Origin: an uncultured Acidobacteriota bacterium
GTDB lineage: Bacteria > Acidobacteriota > Terriglobia > Terriglobales > Acidobacteriaceae
Assembly (NCBI GenBank): GCA_963801895.1
Contig: CAWDGM010000005.1
Location: 231,385 to 295,384 of the forward strand
Length of the DNA: 64,000 bases
Direction: 5' to 3'
The notes below the pieces were generated by a model. The model ran no database searches, was not told where the DNA came from, and was given only the letters and a program-made list of their open reading frames with translations. The first letter of the stretch is position 1, and every line of letters starts with the position of its first letter. The translations under genes and the position numbers were made by a program. Shown one piece after another: positions 57,893-64,000 of this stretch.

Positions 57893-57940
57893 GCGGGAGC
57901 CTGCAGCCCTCGCAACAGCCGGGTCAAACGCCGGCGCTAC
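57893..57940 (+). repeat. composite double-hairpin element, family B (degenerate first hairpin)
   Basis: gcgggagcctgcagccctcgc plus a plus acagccgggtcaaacgccggcgctac. Confidence 0.75.
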
Positions 57941-57968
57941 GTTTCAACTTCAGGAGAGAGAAGACATC

Positions 57969-58760
57969 ATGAATAAGAAGACCAGATGGGCAACAATTGC
58001 GATTGTGGCGCTAGTGGCTCTGATGACGCTGGCAGCCTGTAGCAAGAAAGAAAATACCGAGCAGTCAAGCAATTCTGCGACAGAGTCGGCAGCTCCAGCG
58101 CAACCGGCGACTCCGATCGACCCGGCAACTGTTGCCACGGTCAGCGGCACGGTGAAGTTCGACGGCACGGCGCCGAAGGCAGCGAAGATCGATATGAGCC
58201 AGGACCCAGGCTGCAAGGGCACCAACGAAGCCGAGAACGTCGTCGTCAGCGGTGGAGACCTCGCGAATGTGTTCGTCTATGTGAAGGACGGGCTGGGAAG
58301 CCGTACGTTTGACACTCCCAAGGAGCCGATCGTTCTCGAGCAGCAGGGATGCAAGTATCATCCGCACGTCCTGGGCGTCATGGCCGGCCAGACCGTGCAG
58401 ATCAAGAACGGCGATCCCACGACGCACAACATTCACCCCACGCCGAAGGACAACCGGGAGTGGAACGAGTCGCAGCCACCATCGGCTCCGGCGATCGAGA
58501 AGACCTTCGCGCGCGAAGAAATCATGCTTCCCGTGAAGTGTAACCAGCATCCGTGGATGAAGATGTACGTGAACGTCGTAAAGAGTCCCTTCTTCGCGGT
58601 CACCGACAAGAGTGGCAAATACGAGATCAAGGGCCTTCCTCCGGGCGACTACACCATCGCGTTCGTTCACGAAAAACTTGGAGAGCAGGACCAGAAGGTT
58701 ACTGTCGCTCCCAAGGATTCCAAGACGGTCGACCAGTCCTTCAAGGCGGCGGGCGAGTAG
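57969..58760 (+). CDS. lipoprotein with a cupredoxin-like (blue copper) core flanked by carboxypeptidase-regulatory-like segments
   Basis: Start ATG 57969 and lipobox LAAC. Putative type-1 Cu ligands are HNIH ... CNQHPWM (C-x2-H-x2-M, as in amicyanin). Confidence 0.7.
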   Translation: MNKKTRWATIAIVALVALMTLAACSKKENTEQSSNSATESAAPAQPATPIDPATVATVSGTVKFDGTAPKAAKIDMSQDPGCKGTNEAENVVVSGGDLANVFVYVKDGLGSRTFDTPKEPIVLEQQGCKYHPHVLGVMAGQTVQIKNGDPTTHNIHPTPKDNREWNESQPPSAPAIEKTFAREEIMLPVKCNQHPWMKMYVNVVKSPFFAVTDKSGKYEIKGLPPGDYTIAFVHEKLGEQDQKVTVAPKDSKTVDQSFKAAGE

Positions 58761-58873
58761 GTTTTTGCTTTGATAGAATACGGCTTTGGACAGAGCAGGC
58801 TCAGTAGCCTGCTCTGCTCCGAAGCAGAGTAACTAGAGCCTCTGCAGATCTCCCTCACCGAAGAGGCATCGTT

Positions 58874-59812
58874 CTGAAAGCCGTCGCCACACCGTACAAT
58901 CGCGGGCTGCACAGATTCTCTGTCGTACTTGCCTGCTGGATATTTCTTCTCATCGTTGCCGGCGCACTTGTCACCAGCAACGACGCTGGGCTGTCGGTTC
59001 CTGACTGGCCGACTTCGTTCGGATCCCTCTACAAGATTCCGAAGCTGGTCGGCGGCGTAAAGTTCGAGCATACACATCGCATGATTGCGCAAGGTGCAGG
59101 CTTGCTCACCATTATCCTTGCCGTCTGGATGTGGCGTGCGGAGAAGAGGCGCTGGTTGAGGGTTCTCAGCTACGCCTCGGTGGGAACTGTCATCGCCCAA
59201 GGCGTTCTTGGGGGAATCACGGTTCTGTATTATCTGCCTCCAGCGGTCTCATCGGCGCACGCTGCGCTGGCGCAGACTTACTTCTGCATTGCGGTGGCGG
59301 TCGCAATGTTTACCGCTCAAAGGTGGGTCGAGGAAATCCCGCGAGTCGAATTCGACCATCGCCGGCCAAGTTTGTTCACGCTGACTTTGTTGTCGATCTT
59401 CGTGCTTTACGTCCAGTTGATACTTGGCGCGATGTTCCGCCACCACGGGTTGAGCTGGTGGCCTCATGTCGCGCACGCCGTGGTCGTTTCATTCGTTCTG
59501 GCGTGGACTGCTATTCGCGCGCTCACGGTCTATAGCGACGTAGATGCGGTTCGGCGTCCTGCCATCGTCCTGCTCTCGCTTGTGATCGCGCAGCTGTGCC
59601 TCGGATTCACAGCGTTCCTGACCAGAGTGTCGTGGGGCCACGACGCGGTGCAACCCGAGCTTCCGATGGTGATTTCCACGGTCACCCACGTTGCGGTTGG
59701 AGCTCTCTTGCTGGCGACTGCCGTTGTCCTTGCGATTCAGGTTTGGCAACATGCTCCTGTCGCGTTTGAGGAACGCTTACCTCAAACGCAGCGGGACGCT
59801 TCGATGGCCTAG
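58874..59812 (+). CDS. ctaA: heme A synthase (CtaA/COX15 family); start codon unresolved
   Basis: The conserved N-terminus PYNRGLHRF..VTSNDAGLSVPDWPTSFG..EHTHRMIA lies in frame upstream of the first ATG (59081). No ATG, GTG or TTG occurs in that frame between the stop at 58805 and 59081. I placed 58874 (CTG) only provisionally. Confidence 0.7.
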   Translation: MKAVATPYNRGLHRFSVVLACWIFLLIVAGALVTSNDAGLSVPDWPTSFGSLYKIPKLVGGVKFEHTHRMIAQGAGLLTIILAVWMWRAEKRRWLRVLSYASVGTVIAQGVLGGITVLYYLPPAVSSAHAALAQTYFCIAVAVAMFTAQRWVEEIPRVEFDHRRPSLFTLTLLSIFVLYVQLILGAMFRHHGLSWWPHVAHAVVVSFVLAWTAIRALTVYSDVDAVRRPAIVLLSLVIAQLCLGFTAFLTRVSWGHDAVQPELPMVISTVTHVAVGALLLATAVVLAIQVWQHAPVAFEERLPQTQRDASMA

Positions 59813-59916
59813 CAAATGGCAGCAACTCGGTTATTTTCACCGGGTTCAAAGAATTGCGATCACCGATAGTTTTCGGCGAAGTATCGTAAACTGGTAGTAG
59901 TCCCGGGGATTACATT

Positions 59917-60951
59917 TTGGTTTCAAAAGTCGCCGCGCTTGCTGATGCCATGCAGGAGTCTGAACACTCCGCAGCGCCTGTCATTTCTGTACAAAATCTC
60001 GTTCACCGGTATCAGGATCGTACAGCTCTCAACGGAGTGTCATTCGACGTCCTCCCGGCCGAACTGTTTGGTCTCCTCGGGCCAAATGGAAGCGGGAAAA
60101 CGACTCTCTTCCGAATACTTTCGACCTTGATGATTCCGACGGCCGGCCACGCGGTCGTGGTGGGATTCGATGCGGCGCAGGATCCGGCGAGTTTGAGGCG
60201 ACAGATCGGGGTTGTATTTCAGGCTCAGAGCGTTGACCTGAAGCTGACAGCGTACGAAAATCTCTGGCATCAAGGGCACCTGTACGGACTGCGGGGCAGC
60301 GCACTGAGGAGGCGGATCGAGGAGATCCTGTCGCGAGTGGGGCTCGCCGATCGCGCAAAGGAACAGGTAGGAACGTTTTCTGGAGGGATGCAGCGTCGCA
60401 TCGAGTTGGCGAAGGGACTGTTGCATCATCCCGGAGTGCTGTTGCTCGACGAACCTACGACAGGACTGGATCCCGGCGCCCGGCGCGATCTTTGGCAATA
60501 CCTGCAAATTCTGCGTGATGAAGAGCGAGTATCCGTACTCGTCACTACGCATTTGATGGAAGAGGCCGAGCGTTGTGACCGCTTAGCGATCATGAACGAA
60601 GGGAATCTGGTTGCGCTTGGCACTCCAGCGGAACTGAAGAGCGAAATTGGCGGAGACGTAATTTTGCTGGACGCTGCGCAAGATGCGGGAATTCTGGCTG
60701 AGCACATTCGTGCCCGATTTCACGTGGCGACTACGGTATTGGGAAATCAAGTGCGAATCGAACAGGAGAGCGGCCATCGATTTGTACCTGACGTGGTTGA
60801 AGCTTTTCCTGGCGAGATCCAGGCGATCTCAGTGAGCAAGCCGGCTCTGGAAGATGTTTTCATCCATCGAACGGGACATAAGTTTTGGAGCGAGAGTAGT
60901 GAAGCGGAATCTGATTCCGTAAACAAAAAAGCAAAAAAGAAGAGGAGGTAA
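59917..60951 (+). CDS. ABC transporter ATP-binding protein (ABC-2/DrrA-like)
   Basis: Walker A GPNGSGKTT, signature FSGGMQRR and Walker B LLLDEPTTGLD. The start is TTG 59917 or ATG 59950. Confidence 0.9.
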   Translation: MVSKVAALADAMQESEHSAAPVISVQNLVHRYQDRTALNGVSFDVLPAELFGLLGPNGSGKTTLFRILSTLMIPTAGHAVVVGFDAAQDPASLRRQIGVVFQAQSVDLKLTAYENLWHQGHLYGLRGSALRRRIEEILSRVGLADRAKEQVGTFSGGMQRRIELAKGLLHHPGVLLLDEPTTGLDPGARRDLWQYLQILRDEERVSVLVTTHLMEEAERCDRLAIMNEGNLVALGTPAELKSEIGGDVILLDAAQDAGILAEHIRARFHVATTVLGNQVRIEQESGHRFVPDVVEAFPGEIQAISVSKPALEDVFIHRTGHKFWSESSEAESDSVNKKAKKKRR

Positions 60952-60952
60952 C

Positions 60953-61210
60953 TTGCGTCCGATGATTCTTGTGCTTTCTCTGGTTCTGGGCATCGTGCCA
61001 CTTTTTGGGGTGGCTTGGATTTTCTTAAGCGGGATGATCACACTTTCCCCCTTCGTCGTTTCAATGGATGGCCTTTTCATGACTTTGATTCTGCTGACTC
61101 TTTCCGCGTGTTTCCTGCTGAACGCCTTTTGGGAGATGCGCGACAAGGGGTTAATCGGAAAGAAGGCGCCTCCGGTGGCGGCTAAAGCTCCTCCCGCAAA
61201 GGCGAGTTGA
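60953..61210 (+). CDS. small membrane protein (2-3 TM helices) with a Lys/Ala/Pro tail
   Basis: About 85 aa, wedged between the ABC ATPase and permease genes. Its stop overlaps the permease ATG (TGATG). Confidence 0.5.
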   Translation: MRPMILVLSLVLGIVPLFGVAWIFLSGMITLSPFVVSMDGLFMTLILLTLSACFLLNAFWEMRDKGLIGKKAPPVAAKAPPAKAS

Positions 61211-62037
61211 TGGCAACGCAAACGGCAACTTTAGCGCGTCCCGGAACACCTGCATCGGCGGGCGTGATGTTGCCTGCATTCACGCTCTGGTGGCGCGAGA
61301 TCGTGCGCTTTTACAGGCAAAAAGGACGTGTTGTTGGCGTAATCGCGTCGCCGTTAGTTTTTTGGGCAGTACTGGGCTCAGGCTTTGGGACTTCGTTCCG
61401 CTCCGGTGGCGGTCCCGGGCAGCAGCACTACCTCGACTATTCCTACCCGGGCATCTTGATCCTGATTGTGCTCTTTACTTCGATATTCACGATGATGTCG
61501 GTGATCGAAGATCGCAAAGAGGGATTCCTATTGTCAGTGCTTGTCGCACCCGTACCACGGACGGCAATTGTGCTGGGCAAAGTGCTTGGCGGCACGACGC
61601 TAGCCGCCGTTCAGGGACTTGTCTTTCTCGTGTTCGCGCCCTTCGCTGGCGTTCATCTGGACCCAGTGCAGATACTGCTGGTAGCGGTCGTTGTGTTCCT
61701 CGTGTCGTTTTCGTTGACGGCGCTGGGATTTGCCATTGCGTGGCCTATGGATTCGTCGCAGGCTTTTCACGCGATCGTCAATTTGTTTCTTATTCCGTTG
61801 TGGCTCGTTTCGGGAGCGTTATTTCCTCTGAATGGCGCTTCCGGTTGGATCAAGGTCATCATGCGCCTGAATCCTCTCACCTATGGAGTGGAGGCATTGC
61901 GCAGCCTTTTGTATCCCGGAGCGGAGACCAGTTTCCCGTTGTCGTCGGCGATGGCCACCTTGTTGCTTTTTTCTCTCGTGATGTTTGGATTGGCTTTGCT
62001 GGTGGCGAACCGGCGCACGACGAGGCCTGCCGCTTGA
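61210..62037 (+). CDS. ABC-2 type transporter permease
   Basis: About 275 aa and 6 TM helices, with the ABC-2 pattern (EDRKEGFL..). Confidence 0.85.
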   Translation: MATQTATLARPGTPASAGVMLPAFTLWWREIVRFYRQKGRVVGVIASPLVFWAVLGSGFGTSFRSGGGPGQQHYLDYSYPGILILIVLFTSIFTMMSVIEDRKEGFLLSVLVAPVPRTAIVLGKVLGGTTLAAVQGLVFLVFAPFAGVHLDPVQILLVAVVVFLVSFSLTALGFAIAWPMDSSQAFHAIVNLFLIPLWLVSGALFPLNGASGWIKVIMRLNPLTYGVEALRSLLYPGAETSFPLSSAMATLLLFSLVMFGLALLVANRRTTRPAA

Positions 62038-62468
62038 TTCCTGAGCAATACGCCCACTTCCCTGCTCTGATTGCGAGTTTGAACGGGACGAGCGCGGTTC
62101 TATTGCTGATTGGCCGCAGCTTGATTATGCGCGGCAAACTTGCGGCCCATCGCGCATGCATGATCGCTGCCGTCGCTTCATCCACTTTGTTCCTGGCCTG
62201 CTACGTCTATTTTCACGCTCATGTAGGGGACATTCGTTTTCTGGGCGATCCCTTTTGGCACATTATCTATTTGATCGTGCTGATCCCGCACGTGATCCTC
62301 GCGATGGTGATCGTTCCGATGGTTCTGATTACGCTGGTTCGCGGATTGCGTGGACGCTACGATCGGCACCGAGCGATTGCGCGATGGACATGGCCGTTAT
62401 GGATGTATGTCTCCGTCACAGGCGTGCTCGTTTACTTCATGCTGTACCGATGGTTTCCGCACAGCTGA
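62034..62468 (+). CDS. DUF420 family membrane protein (CtaM-like)
   Basis: TTG 62034 overlaps the permease stop (TTGA). 144 aa and 4 TM helices, with ..LNGTSAVLLLIGRSLIMRGKLAAHRACM... The long ORF 61290..62468 is otherwise out of frame over the permease gene. Confidence 0.75.
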   Translation: MIPEQYAHFPALIASLNGTSAVLLLIGRSLIMRGKLAAHRACMIAAVASSTLFLACYVYFHAHVGDIRFLGDPFWHIIYLIVLIPHVILAMVIVPMVLITLVRGLRGRYDRHRAIARWTWPLWMYVSVTGVLVYFMLYRWFPHS

Positions 62469-62829
62469 TATTGCGATAGTGTCCTCCGTGTATCTTCGTG
62501 ACCTTAATGGTTGATGGGTTTGGCTGATATGAATGTTCTCAAACTGAAGATTGACGTATCCGGAACGGTAGGCGACGCAGCATGGCGCGAGATCCAGCAC
62601 TTTGATCAGATCCAGAGCGCAGACTTCGGCCCACAGTTCGGGAGCGGCGGACGCTGCAATCATCCCGCGGACGCTACTCATGCTAAGGGTGAATGGATTG
62701 GCGCTGAAATTCGGCTCCAGACGCCACTTTTAGCGCAGTACGCGATGTCGCATTATTTGGAGCAGGAGCGGGTCTTGGACGCAGACGTAGAATAGTCTTC
62801 CCGGCGGTTAGACTCCGTTTTCTGCTATA

Positions 62830-63690
62830 TTGCTCAACTTGTGTCCGAATGATCGCAAGCACATAGGATCCATCATAGAGAATACGGAACCGACACCGCA
62901 GTCCAACAGCTCGAGGCACCACATCTTTGCAGCGCTGTTTTCGGCGTGTATCCCTGGCTCAGGGCAATGGCTTCTGGGACAGCGCCGCAAAGCAGCGATC
63001 CTGATTCTGATCTTCGCTGTGGTGGTCATTGGGTTCTGGCCACTCCGCCTTCTGCGATTCTATGCTGGACTATGCGCTGTCTATTCTGGATGGATTGCCG
63101 TTTACCTCTACGCCGCCTGCAGCGCACAGTTAGCGCCCTCCTCGTCGTCGTCTCGACGTCCTTCGAAGTGGTGGCTCTTGGCTACGGTATCGTTCGCGTT
63201 TGTGACTATCAGCTTACTCGGCAGGGGAATAACACGCATCGCCGGATTTCGAAGCTTCAGCGTCCCGTCCACATCGATGGAGCCTGCCATTGAGCAAGCT
63301 GACTATATTGTTGTCGATTCCTGGTCTTACCGTTCCCGACCGCCAAGCCGACCAGACGTAGTCATTTTCAATAGCAAGGGCATTTTCTTCGTGAAACGCG
63401 TGATTGGGGTCGGAGGCGAGACAATCGAAGGTAGAGAGCAAGAAATCTTCGTCAATAATCGTAGGCTCGAGGAGGACTACGTTACACACCGGCGTCCCGA
63501 ATCAACGCCTTGGATGGACAATTTTGAGGCGGTGAGAATCCCCTACGGAAAATACTTCGTGATGGGAGACAATCGTGACCTCAGCCTTGATAGCCGTTCG
63601 GCCGACTTTGGATTGGTGGACAGCAGCTCAGTCGTGGGTAAGGCACTCTACGTGATGAGCTCGCCCCGCCAGGGGACGCATATTCAATGA
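62830..63690 (+). CDS. lepB: signal peptidase I with an extended N-terminal membrane region
   Basis: Motifs SMEPA (catalytic Ser), VKRVIG (catalytic Lys) and GDNRDLSLDSR. The start is uncertain (TTG 62830). Confidence 0.85.
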   Translation: MLNLCPNDRKHIGSIIENTEPTPQSNSSRHHIFAALFSACIPGSGQWLLGQRRKAAILILIFAVVVIGFWPLRLLRFYAGLCAVYSGWIAVYLYAACSAQLAPSSSSSRRPSKWWLLATVSFAFVTISLLGRGITRIAGFRSFSVPSTSMEPAIEQADYIVVDSWSYRSRPPSRPDVVIFNSKGIFFVKRVIGVGGETIEGREQEIFVNNRRLEEDYVTHRRPESTPWMDNFEAVRIPYGKYFVMGDNRDLSLDSRSADFGLVDSSSVVGKALYVMSSPRQGTHIQ

Positions 63691-64000
63691 TCGCGCGAGA
63701 AGACGTACACGCCGAGAGCAAACTCCAAGAACCCAAGCGCAGTATGTCGCGCACGCAGAAAATTCTTTTCTTTGCGACCGGATGGCTGATCGTACTCATG
63801 CCGTTTCTCTTCTGGTGGAATACGTGGTTCGGACGGCACCTCTCGGATCAACAGATGACCGAGTACCTGCACGATGAGAAGAAGCCTCGGCATATCCAGC
63901 ATGCTTTGGTACAGCTCGGGGATCGTATGTCGCATGCGGACCCCGCAGCCAGGCAGTGGTATCCAGACCTTGTGCGGCTTGCCTTCCATCCTGTCGACGA
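63687..64000 (+). CDS. hypothetical membrane protein, 5' part only (continues beyond the window)
   Basis: ATG 63687 overlaps the lepB stop (ATGA). The sequence MIAREDVHAE..ILFFATGWLIVLMPFLFWW contains one TM helix. Confidence 0.4.
   Translation, partial: MIAREDVHAESKLQEPKRSMSRTQKILFFATGWLIVLMPFLFWWNTWFGRHLSDQQMTEYLHDEKKPRHIQHALVQLGDRMSHADPAARQWYPDLVRLAFHPVD

Noticed and set aside
61290-62468. The 392-aa ORF treated as one gene.
   Set aside because: Its first ~248 codons overlap the ABC-2 permease gene out of frame and look like an Arg/Gly-rich shadow. Only the last 144 codons, from TTG 62034, show DUF420-like membrane protein features.
62397-62795. Two mutually overlapping ORFs (94 aa each, plus and minus strand) in the DUF420-lepB gap.
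   Set aside because: Neither has an RBS, a recognisable motif or clear coding bias. The minus-strand ORF also overlaps the 3' end of the DUF420 gene. I left both unannotated, and comparative genomics is needed.

Overview
This 64-kb window is a chromosomal, mostly housekeeping segment of a moderately GC-rich bacterium. I did not compute the GC content. The gene content includes a split b6-type cytochrome bc operon with a giant multihaem cytochrome, several c-type cytochromes and an RRM RNA-binding protein. The intergenic regions are dense with short palindromic repeats whose spurious translations read like ..SEAKDL.., ..GRTNASAPT.. and ..GLNGPP... Together these suggest Acidobacteriota, but that is an inference and is not verified. 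I support about 60 protein genes and 1 tRNA (Arg-CCT). I found no rRNA, no CRISPR array and no intact mobile element. The modules are as follows. (i) 1-9.5 kb holds small accessory and stress genes: cspA, an RRM protein, SnoaL-like proteins, a cupin and a truncated RAYT transposase. (ii) groES-groEL sits behind a CIRCE operator. (iii) An alaX-like editing protein and thrC follow. (iv) The kdp locus spans 27.6-38.0 kb: porin, 28-aa peptide, kdpFABC, kdpE, and a kdpD that is split into two divergently encoded halves. (v) A molybdopterin oxidoreductase without a Tat signal is paired with a fused FeS-NrfD protein. (vi) Next come an MFS sugar porter, a GlmS-like SIS protein, nrdR, an NAD-type isocitrate dehydrogenase and an Fpg/Nei glycosylase. 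(vii) The last module is hemH, then Rieske / cytochrome b6-like / subunit-IV-like / octahaem cytochrome c / cupredoxin, then ctaA, an ABC transporter, DUF420 and lepB. I found no obvious defence island or clearly new multi-gene system. The items most worth a second look are the split and frameshifted KdpD, the extra peptide and porin in the kdp operon, the SoeABC-like Mo enzyme, the unusual bc-complex partners, the ctaA gene that lacks a canonical start codon, and several families of structured intergenic repeats. One of those repeat families shows compensatory stem changes, and three families show strict strand polarity. All homology calls come from motif recognition by eye, with no database searches.
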